From contig JBNRSN020000053.1 in assembly GCA_051313645.2 (NCBI GenBank), forward strand, positions 3,596,001 through 3,660,000: DNA of 64,000 bases, written 5' to 3'. A model generated the notes under the pieces. The model did not search any database. It was not told the origin of the DNA and worked only from the letters and a program-made list of their open reading frames with translations. The stretch comes from Centroscyllium fabricii (taxonomy: Eukaryota). The translations under genes were made by a program, and so were the position numbers. This document shows, piece by piece, positions 47,101 to 60,953 of the stretch (its first letter is position 1; every line of letters begins with the position of its first letter).

Positions 47101-48689
47101 CCCCAGTACTCATTGCATGGAACAGTCCCCGGTCCCCATTGAATGGTACAGTCCACGGGACTCAATGAATGGAACATTCCCCATCCCCCAATGAATGTAA
47201 CAGTCCCTGGTCCCCAATTAATGGAACAGTCCTCAATTCCCATTGAATGGATCAGTCACCGTTCCCCAATGAATGGAAGAGTCCCTGGTCCCCATTAAAT
47301 TGAACAGTCCCCAGACCCCATTGAAAGGAACAGTCCCCAAGCCCCATTGAATGGAACAGTCCACGGGTCCATTGAATGGAGCAGTCCCCAATCCCCATTG
47401 AATAGAACTGTCCTCAATCCCCATTGCATGGAACAGTTCCCAGTTCCCATTGATAGGAACAGTCCCCGGTCCCCAATCAATGGAACAGTACCCGGTCCTC
47501 ATTGAATGGAACAGTCCCCAATCCCCAATGAATGGAACAGTTCCCGGTCCCCATTGAATGGAAAAGTCCCCGGTCCCCATTGAATGGAACAGTCCCCAAT
47601 CCCCAATGAATGGAACAGTCCCTGGTCCTCATTGAACAGAACAGTTCCCGGTTCCCAATGAATGGAACAGTCCCCGATCCCCAATAAATGGAACAGTCCC
47701 CGATCACCAATCCCCAATGAATGGAACAGTCCCCGGTCCCCAAAGAATGGAGCAGTCCCCAATCCTCATTGAATGGAACAGTCCCCGGTCCCCATTGAAT
47801 GGAACAGTCTTCAGTCCCCATTGAATGGAATAGTCCCCGGTCCCTGTTGAATGGAACAGTCCCCGGTCCCCATTGAATTGAACAGATACCAGTCCTCGTT
47901 GCATGGAACAATCCTCGGTCCCCGTTGAATGGATCATTCCCCGGTTCCAGTTGAATGCAACAGTCCCCGGTCCCCATTGAATTGAACAGATACCAGTCCT
48001 CGTTGCATGGAACAATCCTCGGTCCCCGTTGAATGGATCATTCCCCGGTTCCAGTTGAATGCAACAGTCCCTGGTCCCCATTGAATGGAACAGTCTTCGG
48101 TCCCCATTGAATGGAACATTCCCCGGTCTCCATGGAATGGAACAGTCCCCAGTCTCCATGGAATGGAACAGTCCACGGGACACAATGAACGGAACAGTCC
48201 CCAGTCTCCATTGAATGGAACAGTCCCCTGTTCCCATTGAATGGAACAGTCCCCGGTTCCTGTTAAATGGAACAGTCCCCGGTCCACATTGAATGGAACA
48301 GATACTGGTGCTCATTGAATGGAACAGTCTTCGGTCCCCATTGAATGGAACAGTCCCCGGCCCTCGTTGAATGGAACAGTCTTTGGTCCCCGTTGAATGG
48401 AACAGTTCCCGGTTCCTGTTGAATGGAACTATCCCCGGTCCCCGTTGAATGGAACTGTCCCCGATCCCCAATAAATAGAACAGTCCCCGGTCCCCATTGA
48501 ATGGAACAGTCCCCAATCCCCATGGAATGGAACAGTCCCCGGTCCCCATGGAATGGAACAGTCCCCGGACCCCATTGAATGGAACAGTCCCTGGTCCCCA
48601 TGGAATGAAACAGTCCCCGGTCCCCATTGAATGGAACAGTCCCCAGTCCTCATTGAATGGAACAGTCCCTGGTCCTCATTGAATGGAAC

Positions 48690-50839
48690 TGTAACGGTTG
48701 GGTGTAAGTGGAATGAAGGCGGGGCCCAAATGCAGAGACACTGAAACGTTTACAAAACTACACTCCTTTATTACTAAAACCCCATATAATACCCTAAACA
48801 TACAATTATATAGAACACATATACAACACAAGTCTTATAAACAGACCGGCACAAACTTCCCAACACAGTGAGCAATGAATAGAGGGGTGCTACACAATCC
48901 AGCGCGCCATTCTCCCCAAGAATACCAGTCCTGGCATAACTGTCCAACCTAAAGAGAACCGAGCAAGTCCTCCTCAGCGAGCATGACATCTCACTCCACC
49001 CTCTACGTAGAGGATGTGGGAACAGCTTATGCTTCCAGATTACCAATGTCCAAACCAGGGCTCGGATGAAGAGATGAATGTCCATGTAGTAGAAATGGGT
49101 CCGACCTACTTCTTCTGCTCTGTCACAGAGACTTAACCCCATGGCAATCAGGCAGTAGCGCACCAGATCTACTGGCAGGGGGACTCCCTTACCAAACAGA
49201 TGAATGTCCATTGCTGAGTTCCCAATAGCAGGGCGCACTGTCAAGGCGGAGGGAAATGAGTTCCACCTCAATGCCCCTGATGGGCAACCCAGCCTGAGCA
49301 CCTGAAATTGCAAAGTACAAGTACAAGCTGAGTCAGTCGATCTGCAACCTCCTTGCCTCTGACGGCCACTCAGCACACCAGCAGAAAACCACCTCCTTCC
49401 AGTGGCCTGTAGAATGAATAATGAATCTCCAGTCCCAAGACGCATTACCATCAAATGATCCCGCATCTGCTCTCAGCCAACCTCCTGATTATATCCTAAA
49501 CCCAGCAAGTACCCTATTGGGTGATAGCCAATAATCCTGAGGGGATGAGAGCAGAGCACAACTAACACATGCATAGATAATTGAACAGTTAATCACATAA
49601 CTAGGGAACCTATTCCTTGAAACAGCTGTGGAGCAACAGCAAAAACAGTTTCTAATATTTAAAGGAACAGGCACCCCGTGACAGGACCCCCCCCTTAAGG
49701 GCCGACAGTGATGGCCCAAATACCCAATAAGCCGAAATAGGGTGGGCGGAGGGTACAAAGAGGAGACAACAGTCTACAAAACAAAAATTTTACAGAGTAT
49801 TTAAACGCTACAGTGTCTGCTGGGCCCCATTTGGCGGGATCATTCTGTAACGGTTGGGTGTATTCGGAATGAAGGCGGGGCCCAAATGCAGAGACACTGA
49901 AACGTTTACAAAACTACACTCCTTTATTACTAAAACCCCATATAATACCCTAAACATACAATTATATAGAACACATATACAACACAAGTCTTATAAACAG
50001 ACCGGCACAAACCTCCCAACACAGCGAGCAATGAATAGAGGGGTGCTACGCAATCCAGCGCGCCATTCTCCCCAAGAATACCAGTCCTGGCATAACTGTC
50101 CAACCTAAAGAGAACCGAGCAAGTCCTCCTCAGCGAGCATGACATCTCACTCCACCCTCTACGTAGAGGATGTGGGAACAGCTTATGCTTCCAGATTACC
50201 AATGTCCAAACCAGGGCTCGGATGAAGAGATGAATGTCCATGTAGTAGAAATGGGTCCGACCTACTTCTTCTGCTCTGTCACAGAGACTTAACCCCATGG
50301 CAATCAGGCAGTAGCGCACCAGATCTACTGGCAGGGGGACTCCCTTACCAAACAGATGAATGTCCATTGCTGAGTTCCCAATAGCAGGGCGCACTGTCAA
50401 GGCGGAGGGAAATGAGTTCCACCTCAATGCCCCTGATGGGCAACCCAGCCTGAGCACCTGAAATTGCAAAGTACAAGTACAAGCTGAGTCAGTCGATCTG
50501 CAACCTCCTTGCCTCTGACGGCCACTCAGCACACCAGCAGAAAACCACCTCCTTCCAGTGGCCTGTAGAATGAATAATGAATCTCCAGTCCCAAGACGCA
50601 TTACCATCAAATGATCCCGCATCTGCTCTCAGCCAACCTCCTGATTATATCCTAAACCCAGCAAGTACCCTATTGGGTGATAGCCAATAATCCTGAGGGG
50701 ATGAGAGCAGAGCACAACTAACACATGCATAGATAATTGAACAGTTAATCACATAACTAGGGAACCTATTCCTTGAAACAGCTGTGGAGCAACAGCAAAA
50801 ACAGTTTCTAATATTTAAAGGAACAGGCACCCCGTGACA
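48690..50839 (-). mobile_element. Non-autonomous LTR element, copy 1 (two 994-bp LTRs, 162-bp internal region)
   Basis: LTRs at 48690-49683 and 49846-50839 with TG...CA ends, 5-bp TSD GGAAC, and a G-rich PPT (AAG-Gn-TCC on the minus strand) next to the 3' LTR. Confidence 0.92.
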
Positions 50840-53800
50840 GGAACAGTCTTCAGTCCCCATTGAATGGAACAGTCCCCGGTCCCTGTTGAATGGAACAGTC
50901 CCCGGTCCCCATTGAATTGAACAGATACCAGTCCTCGTTGCATGGAACAATCCTCGGTCCCCGTTGAATGGATCATTCCCCGGTTCCAGTTGAATGCAAC
51001 AGTCTCTGGTCCCCATTGAATGGAACAGTCTCCGGTCCCCATTGAATGGAACATTCCCCGGTCTCCATGGAATGGAACAGTCCCCGGTCTCCATGGAATG
51101 GAACAGTCCACGGGACACAATGAATGGAACAGTCCCCAGTCTCCATTGAATGGAACAGTCCCCGGTTCCCATTGAATGGAACAGTCCCCGGTTCCTGTTA
51201 CATGGAACAGTCCCCGGTCCACATTGAATGGAACAGATACCGGTGCTCATTGAATGGAACAGTCTTCGGTCCCCATTGAATGGAACAGTCCCCGGCCCTC
51301 GTTGAATGGAACAGTCTTCGGTCCCCGTTGAATGGAACAGTTCCCGGTTCCTGTTGAATGGAACTGTCCCCGGTCCCCGTTGAATGGAACTGTCCCCGAT
51401 CCCCAATAAATAGAACAGTCCCCGGTCCCCATTGAATGGAACAGTCCCCAATCCCCATGGAATGAAACAGTCCCCGGTCCCCATGGAATGGAACAGTCCC
51501 CGGACCCCATTGAATGGAACAGTCCCTGGTCCCCATGGAATGAAACAGTCCCCGGTCCCCATTGAATGGAACAGTCCCCAGTCCTCATTGAAAGGAACAG
51601 TCCCTGGTCCTCATTGAATGGAACCGTCTTTGGTCCCCATTGAATGGAACAATCCCCGGTCCCTGTTCAATGGAACAGTCCCCGGTCCCCATTGAATTGA
51701 ACAGATATCGGTCCTCATTGAATGGATCAGTCTTCGGTCCCCATTGAATGGACCAGTCCCCGGTCCTCGTTGAATGGAACAGTCCCCGGTCCCCGTTGAA
51801 TGGAACAGTCCCCGGTTCCCGTTGAATGGAACAGTCCCCGGTCCCCATTTAATGGAACAGTCTCCGGTCCACATGGAGTGGAACAGTCCCCAGTCTCCAT
51901 GGAACGGAACAGTCACCGTCCCCATGCAATGAAACAGTCCCTGGTCCCCATGGAATGGAACAGACCCCAATCCCCAATGAATGGAACAGTCCCTGGTCCC
52001 CATTTAATGGAACAGTCCCTGGTCCCCATTAAATGGAACAGTCCCTGGTCCCCATGGAATGAAACAGTTCCCAGTCCCCCAATGAATGGAACAGTCCCCG
52101 GTCCCCATTTAATGGAATGGTCCCCGGTCCCCAATGAATGGAACAGTCCCTGGTCCCCATGGAATGGAACAGACCCCAAACCCCAATGAATGGAACAGTC
52201 CCAGGTCCCCATTTAATGGAACAGTCCCTGGTCCCCATTGAATGGAAAAGTCCCTTGTCCCCATGGAATGGAACTGACCCCATCCCCAATGAAGGGAACA
52301 GTCTCCAGTCTCCATGGAATGGAACAGTCCCCAGTACTCATTGAATGGAACAGTCCCCGGTCCCCATTGAATGGTACAGTCCACGGGACTCAATGAATGG
52401 AATAGTCCCCAGCCCCCAATGAATGTAACAGTCCCCGGTCCCCAATTAATGGAACAGTCCTCAATTCCCATTGAATGGATCAGTCACCGGTCCCCAATGA
52501 ATGGAACAGTCCCCCATCCCCATTGAATTGAACAGTCCCCGGACCCCATTGAATGGAACAGTCCCCAAGCGCCATTGAATGGAACAGTCCACGGGCCCAT
52601 TGAATGGAGCAGTCCCCAATCTCCATTGAATGGAACTGTCCTCAATCCCCATTGCATGGAACAGTTCCCAGTTCCCATTGAAAGGAACAGTCCCCGGTCC
52701 CCAATAAATGGAACAGTACCCGGTCCCCAAACAATGGAACAGTCCCCAATCCCCAATGAATGGAACAGTCCCCGGTCTCCATTGAATGGAAAAGTCCCCG
52801 GTCCCCATTGAATGGAACAGTCCCCAATCCCCAATGAATGGAACAGTCCCTGGTCCTCATTGAACAGAACCGTTCCGGGTGCCCAATGAATGGAACAGTC
52901 CCCGATCCCCAATAAATGGAACAGTCCCCGATCTCCAATCCCCAATGAATGGAACAGTTCCCGGTCCCCAAAGAATGGAACAGTCCCCAATCCTGATTGA
53001 ATGGAACAGTCCCCGGTCCCCATTGAATGGAACAGTCTTCGGTCCCCATTGAATGGAACAGTCCCCGGTCCCTGTTGAATGGAACAGTCCCCGGTCCCCA
53101 TTGAATTGAACAGATACCAGTCCTCGTTGCATGGAACAGTCCTCGGTCCGCGTTGAATGGATCATTCCCCGGTTCCAGTTGAATGCAACAGTCCCTGGTC
53201 CCCATTGAATGGAACAGTCTTCGGTCCCCATTGAATGGAACATTCCCCGGTCTCCATGGAATGGAACAGTCCCCAGTCTCCATGGAATGGAACAGTCCGC
53301 GGGACACAATGAATGGAACAGTCCCCAGTCTCCATTGAATGGAACAGGCCCCGGCCCTCGTTGAATGGAACAGTCCTCGGTCCCCGTTGAATGGAACAGT
53401 TCCCGGTTCCTGTTGAATGGAACTGTCCCCGGTCCTCATTGAATGGAACTGTCCCCGATCCCCAATAAATTGAACAGTCCCCAGTCCCCATTGAATGGAA
53501 CAGTCCCCAGTCTCCATGGAATGGAACAGTCCCCGGCCCTCATTGAATGGAACAGTCTTCGGACCCCATTGAATGGAACAGTCCCCGGCCCTCGTTGAAT
53601 GGAACAGTCCTTGGTCCCCATTCAATGGAACAGTGTCCGGTCCTCCTTGAATGGAACAATCCTCGGTCCCCATTGAATGGAACAGTCCCCAATCCCCATG
53701 GAATGGAACAGTCCCCAATCCCAAATGAATGGAACAGTCCCCGGTCCCCATGGAATGGAACAGTCCCCGGTCCCCATTGAATAGAACAGTCCCCGGTCCC

Positions 53801-56800
53801 CATTGAATGGAACAGTCCCCGGTCCCCATTGAATGGAATAGTCCCTGGTCCCCATGGAATGGAACAGTCCCCAAACCCAATGAATGGAACAGTCCCCGGT
53901 CCCCATGGAATGGAACAGTCTTGGGTCCCCAAATGAATGGAACAGTCCCCCGATCCCCATTGAATGGTACAGTCCACGGGACTCAATGAATGGAATAGTC
54001 CCCAGCCCCCAATGAATGTAACAGTCCCCGGTCCCCAATTAATGGAACAGTCCTCAATTCCCATTGAATGGATCAGTCACCGGTCCCCAATGAATGGAAC
54101 AGTCCCCCATCCCCATTGAATTGAACAGTCCCCGGACCCCATTGAATGGAACAGTCCCCAAGCGCCATTGAATGGAACAGTCCACGGGCCCATTGAATGG
54201 AGCAGTCCCCAATCTCCATTGAATGGAACTGTCCTCAATCCCCATTGCATGGAACAGTTCCCAGTTCCCATTGAAAGGAACAGTCCCCGGTCCCCAATAA
54301 ATGGAACAGTACCCGGTCCCCAAACAATGGAACAGTCCCCAATCCCCAATGAATGGAACAGTCCCCGGTCTCCATTGAATGGAAAAGTCCCCGGTCCCCA
54401 TTGAATGGAACAGAACCGTTCCGGGTGCCCAATGAATGGAACAGTCCCCGATCCCCAATAAATGGAACAGTCCCCGATCCCCAATCCCCAATGAATGGAA
54501 CAGTTCCCGGTCCCCAAAGAATGGAACAGTCCCCAATCCTGATTGAATGGAACAGTCCCCGGTCCCCATTGAATGGAACAGTCTTCGGTCCCCATTGAAT
54601 GGAACAGTCCCCGGTCCCTGTTGAATGGAACAGTCCCCGGTCCCCATTGAATTGAACAGATACCAGTCCTCGTTGCATGGAACAGTCCTCGGTCCGCGTT
54701 GAATGGATCATTCCCCGGTTCCAGTTGAATGCAACAGTCCCTGGTCCCCATTGAATGGAACAGTCTTCGGTCCCCATTGAATGGAACATTCCCCGGTCTC
54801 CATGGAATGGAACAGTCCCCAGTCTCCATGGAATGGAACAGTCCGCGGGACACAATGAATGGAACAGTCCCCAGTCTCCATTGAATGGAACAGGCCCCGG
54901 CCCTCGTTGAATGGAACAGTCCTCGGTCCCCGTTGAATGGAACAGTTCCCGGTTCCTGTTGAATGGAACTGTCCCCGGTCCTCATTGAATGGAACTGTCC
55001 CCGATCCCCAATAAATTGAACAGTCCCCAGTCCCCATTGAATGGAACAGTCCCCAGTCTCCATGGAATGGAACAGTCCCCGGCCCTCATTGAATGGAACA
55101 GTCTTCGGACCCCATTGAATGGAACAGTCCCCGGCCCTCGTTGAATGGAACAGTCCTTGGTCCCCATTCAATGGAACAGTGTCCGGTCCTCCTTGAATGG
55201 AACAATCCTCGGTCCCCATTGAATGGAACAGTCCCCAATCCCCATGGAATGGAACAGTCCCCAATCCCAAATGAATGGAACAGTCCCCGGTCCCCATGGA
55301 ATGGAACAGTCCCCGGTCCCCATTGAATAGAACAGTCCCCGGTCCCCATTGAATGGAACAGTCCCCGGTCCCCATTGAATGGAATAGTCCCTGGTCCCCA
55401 TGGAATGGAACAGTCCCCAAACCCAATGAATGGAACAGTCCCCGGTCCCCATGGAATGGAACAGTCTTGGGTCCCCAAATGAATGGAACAGTCCCCCGAT
55501 CCCCATTGAATGGAACAGTCCCTGGTCCCCATGGAATGGAACAGTCCCTAATCCCCAATGAATGGAACAGTCCCTGGTCTCCATTTAATGGAACAGTCCC
55601 CAGTCCCCATTTAATGGAACAGTCCCCAGTCCCCATTTAATGGAACAGTCCCTGGTCCCCATGGAATGGAACAGTCCCCGGTCCCTAATGAATGGAACAG
55701 TCCCCGGTCCCCAATGAATGGAACAGTACCCCATCCCCATTGAATGGAACAGTGCGTGGGTACCAATGAATGGAACAGTCCCCAGGCCCCATTGAATGGA
55801 ACAGTCCCCGGTCCCCATTGAATGGAACAGTACCCCGTCCCTAATGAATGGAACAGTCCCCGGTCCCCAATGAATGGAACAGTCCCCAATCCCCATTAAA
55901 TGGAACAGTCCCATGTCCGCTATGAATGGAACAGTCCCTGGTCCCCAATAAATGGAACAGTCCCCAATCTGTATTGAATGGAACAGTTCCCAATCCCCAA
56001 TGAATGGAACAGTCCCCGGTTCTCCAATAAATAGAACAGTCCCAGAACCCATTGAATGGAACAGACCCCGGTCCCCATTGAATGGTACAGTCCATGGGAC
56101 CCAATGGATGGAACAGTCCCCGGCACCCAATGGATGTTACAGTCCCCAGTCCCCAATTAATGGAGCAGTCCCCAATCCCCATTTAATGGAACAGCCACCG
56201 GTCCCCAATGAATGGAAGAGTCCCCGGTCCCCATGGAATGGAACAGTCCCCGGACCCCAGTGAATGGAACAGTCCCCAATCCCCATTAAATGGAACAGTC
56301 CCTGGTCCCCATGGAATGGAACAGTCCCTAATCCCCAATGAATGGAACAGTCCCTGGTCTCCATTTAATGGAACAGTCCCCAGTCCCCATTTAATGGAAC
56401 AGTCCCTGGTCCCCATGGAATGGAACAGTCCCCGGTCCCTAATGAATGGAACAGTCCCCGGTCCCCAATGAATGGAACAGTACCCCATCCCCATTGAATG
56501 GAACAGTGCGTGTGTACCAATGAATGGAACAGTCCCCAGGCCCCATTGAATGGAACAGTCCCCGGTCCCCATTGAATGGAACAGTCCCCCGTCCCTAATG
56601 AATGGAACAGTCCCCGGTCCCCAATGAATGGAACAGTCCCCAATCCCCATTAAATGGAACAGTCCAATGTCCGCTATGAATGGAACAGTCCCTGGTCCCC
56701 AATAAATGGAACAGTCCCCAATCTGCATTGAATGGAACAGTTCCCAATCCCCAATGAATGGAACAGTCCCCGGTTCTCCAATAAATAGAACAGTCCCAGA

Positions 56801-58789
56801 ACCCATTGAATGGAACAGACCCCGGTCACCATTGAATGGTACAGTCCATGGGACCCAATGGATGGAACAGTCCCCGGCACCCAATGGATGTTACAGTCCC
56901 CAGTCCCCAATTAATGGAGCAGTCCCCAATCCCCATTTAATGGAACAGCCACCGGTCCCCAATGAAGGGAAGAGTCCCCGGTCCCCATGGAATGGAACAG
57001 TCCCCGGACCCCAGTGAATGGAACAGTCCCCAACCCCCATTAAATGGAACAGTCCCTGGTCCGCTATGAATGGAACAGTCCCTGGTCCCCAATAAATGGA
57101 ACAGTCCCCAATCTGCATTGAATGGAACAGTTCCCAATCCCCATTGAATGGAACAGTCCCCGGTTCCCATTGAATGGAATAGTCCCCAATTCCCAATGAA
57201 TAGAACAGTCCCCAGTCCCCAATTGAACGGAACAGTCCCCGGTCCCCATTGGATGGAACAGTCCCTGGTCCCCATGGAATGGAACAGTTCGCTGGCCCCA
57301 ATGAATGGAGCAGTCCCGAATCCCCATGGAATGGAACAGTCCACGGGTCCCAATGAATGGAACAGACCTCAGTCCACATTGAATGGAACAGTCCCCAGTC
57401 CCCATTGAATGGAACAGTCCACGGGACCCAATGAATGGAACAGTCGCCGGCCCCCAATGAATGCAACAGTCCCTGGTCCCCATTCAAAGGAACAGTCCAC
57501 GGTCCTCCTTGAATGGAACAGTCCTCGGTCCCCATTGAATGGAACAGCCCCGGTTCCTGTTGAATGGAAGAGTCCCCGGTCCCCCTGGAATGGAACAGTC
57601 CCCGGTCCCCCTTGAATGGAACAGCCCGGTCCCCATTGAATGGAACAGTCCCTGACCCCAATGAATGTAACAGTCCCCGGTCCCCATGGAATGGAGCAGT
57701 CCCTGGTCACCATGGAATGAAGCTGTCCCCGGTCCCCCAATGAATGGAACAGTCCCCGGTCCCCATTGAATGGAACAGTCCCTGATCCCCATGGAATGGA
57801 ACAGTCCCCAATCCCCAAATAATGGAACAGTGACTGGTCCCCATTTAATGGAACAGTCCCCGGTCCCCAATGAATGGAACAGTCTCTGGTCCCCATGGAA
57901 TGGAACAGTCCCTGGTCCCTCAATGAATGGAACAGTCCCCAGTCCCCAGTGAATGGAACAGTCCCCCGTCCCCATTGAATGGAACAGTCCACGTTACCCA
58001 AAGAATGGAACTGTCCCCGGCCCATAATGAATGTAACAGTCCCTCGTCCCCATTCAATGGAACAGACCCCTGTCCTCATTGAATGGAACAGTCGTCGGTC
58101 CCCGTTGAATGGGACAGTCCCCGGTTCCTGTTGAATGGAACAGTCCCCGGTCCCCCTGGAATTGAACAGTCCCCGGTCCCCATTGAATGGAATAGTCCCT
58201 GGCCCCCAATGAATGTAACAGTCCCCGGTCCCCAATTAATAGATCAGCCCCCAATCCCCATTGAATGGAACAGTCACCGGTCCCCATTGAATGGAACAGT
58301 CCCTGGTCTGCTATGAATTGAACAGTCCCCGGTACCCCAATGAATGGAACAGTCCCCGGTCCCCATTGAATGGAACAGTGCCTGGTCCCCATGTAATGGA
58401 ACAGTCCCTAATCCCCAATGAATGGAACAGTCCCTGGTCCCCATTTAATGGAACAGTCCCCAGTCCCTATTTAATGGAACAATCCCTGGTCCCCATGGAA
58501 TGGAACAGTCCCTGGTACCCCAATGAATGGAACAGTCCCCGGTCCCCAATGAATGGAACAGTAACCCATCCCCATTGAATGGAACAGTGCGCCTGTACCA
58601 ATGAATGGAACAGTCCCCAGTCCCCATTGAATGGGACAGTCCCCGGTCCCCATTGAATGGGACAGTCCATGGGACCCAATGAATGGAACAGTCCCCGGCC
58701 CCCAATGAATATAACAGTCCCTGATCCCCATTTAATGGAACAGACCCCGGTCCTCATTGGATGGAACAGTCATCAGTCCCTGTTGAATG

Positions 58790-60895
58790 TGTCACAGGGG
58801 GCCTGTTCCTTTAAATATTAGAAACAGTTTTTGCTGTGATTCCACAGCTGTTTTAAGGAATAGGTTCCCCTGTTATGTTATTAACTGTTCAATTATCTAT
58901 GTATGTGCTAGTTGTGCTCTGCTCTCATCCCCTCAGGATTATTGGCTATCACCCAATAGGGTACTTGCTGGGTTTTGGTATTTAATCAGGAGGTTGGCTG
59001 AGAGCAGATGCGGGATCATTTGATGGTAATGCGTCTTGGGACTGGAGATTCATTATTCATTCTACAGGCCACTGGAAGGAGGTGGTTTTCTGCTGTTGTG
59101 CTGAGTGGCCGTCAGAGGCAAGGAGGTTGCAGATCGACTGACTCAGCTTGTACTTGTACTCTGCTATTTCAGGTGCTCAGGCTGGGTTGCCCAACAGGGG
59201 CATTGGGGTGGAACTCATTTCCCTCCGCCTTGACAGTGCGCCCTGCTATTGGGAACTCAGCAATGGACATTCATCTGTTTGGTAAGGGAGTTCCCCTGCC
59301 AGTAGACCTGGTGCGCTACTGCCTGTGACGGAGCAGAAGAAGTAGGTCGGACCCATTTCTACTACATGGACATTCATTTCTTCATCCGAGCCCTGGTTTG
59401 GACATTGGTAATCTGGAAGCATAAGCTGTTCCCAAATCCTCTATGTAGAGGGTGGATTGAGATGTCATGCTCGCTGAGGAGGACTTGCTCGGTTCTCTTT
59501 AGGTTGGACAGTTATGCCTGGACTGGTATTCTTTGGGAGAATGGCGCGCTGGATTGCGTGGCACCCCTCTATTCATTACTCGCTATGTTGGGAAGTCTGT
59601 GCCAGTCTGTTTATAAGACTTGTGTTAAATATGTGTCCAATATAAATGTATGTTTTTGGTATTCTATAGTGTTTTAGTAATAAAGGAGTTTAGTTTTAAT
59701 AGACGTTTCAGTGTCTCTGCATATGGGCCCCGCCTTCATTCCGTTTACACCCAACCGTTACAGAATGATCCCGTCAAATGGGGCCCAGCAGACACTGTAG
59801 CGTTTAAATACTCTGTAAAAAAAAATTTGTAGACTGTTGTCTCCTCTTTGTACCCTCCGCCCACCCTATTTCGGCTTATTGGGTATTTGGGCCGTCACTG
59901 TCGGCCCTTAAGGGGGGGGTCCTGTCACAGGGGGCCTGTTCCTTTAAATATTAGAAACAGTTTTTGCTGTGATTCCACAGCTGTTTTAAGGAATAGGTTC
60001 CCCTGTTATGTTATTAACTGTTCAATTATCTATGTATGTGCTAGTTGTGCTCTGCTCTTATCCCCTCAGGATTATTGGCTATCACCCAATAGGGTACTTG
60101 CTGGGTTTTGGTATTTAATCAGGAGGTTGGCTGAGAGCAGATGCGGGATCATTTGATGGTAATGCGTCTTGGGACTGGATATCCATTATTCATTCTACAG
60201 GCCACTGGAAGGAGGTGGTTTTCTGCTGTTGTGCTGAGTGGCCGTCAGAGGCAAGGAGGTTGCAGATCGACTGACTCAGCTTGTACTTGTACTCTGCTAT
60301 TTCAGGTGCTCAGGCTGGGTTGCCCAACAGGGGCATTGGGGTGGAACTCATTTCCCTCCGCCTTGACAGTGCGCCCTGCTATTGGGAACTCAGCAATGGA
60401 CATTCATCTGTTTGGTAAGGGAGTTCCCCTGCCAGTAGACCTGGTGCGCTACTGCCTGTGACGGAGCAGAAGAAGTAGGTCGGACCCATTTCTACTACAT
60501 GGACATTCATTTCTTCATCCGAGCCCTGGTTTGGACATTGGTAATCTGGAAGCATAAGCTGTTCCCAAATCCTCTATGTAGAGGGTGGATTGAGATGTCA
60601 TGCTCGCTGAGGAGGACTTGCTCGGTTCTCTTTAGGTTGGACAGTTATGCCTGGACTGGTATTCTTTGGGAGAATGGCGCGCTGGATTGCGTGGCACCCC
60701 TCTATTCATTACTCGCTATGTTGGGAAGTCTGTGCCAGTCTGTTTATAAGACTTGTGTTAAATATGTGTCCAATATAAATGTATGTTTTTGGTATTCTAT
60801 AGTGTTTTAGTAATAAAGGAGTTTAGTTTTAATAGACGTTTCAGTGTCTCTGCATATGGGCCCCGCCTTCATTCCGTTTACACCCAACCGTTACA
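58790..60895 (+). mobile_element. Non-autonomous LTR element, copy 2 (two 973-bp LTRs, 160-bp internal region)
   Basis: LTRs at 58790-59762 and 59923-60895 with TG...CA ends, 5-bp TSD GAATG and PPT aaggggggggtcc. Same family as copy 1, opposite orientation. Confidence 0.92.
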
Positions 60896-60953
60896 GAATG
60901 GAACAGTCCCCGGTTCCTGTTGAATGGAACGGTCCCTGGTCCACCTGGAATGG

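Noticed and set aside
48774-50622. 230-aa ORF (MRDHLMVMRLG...) in both LTRs of the miniature element
   Set aside because: It has no recognisable domain, its ATG overlaps the predicted TSS, and a 23-bp deletion breaks it in the second family copy.
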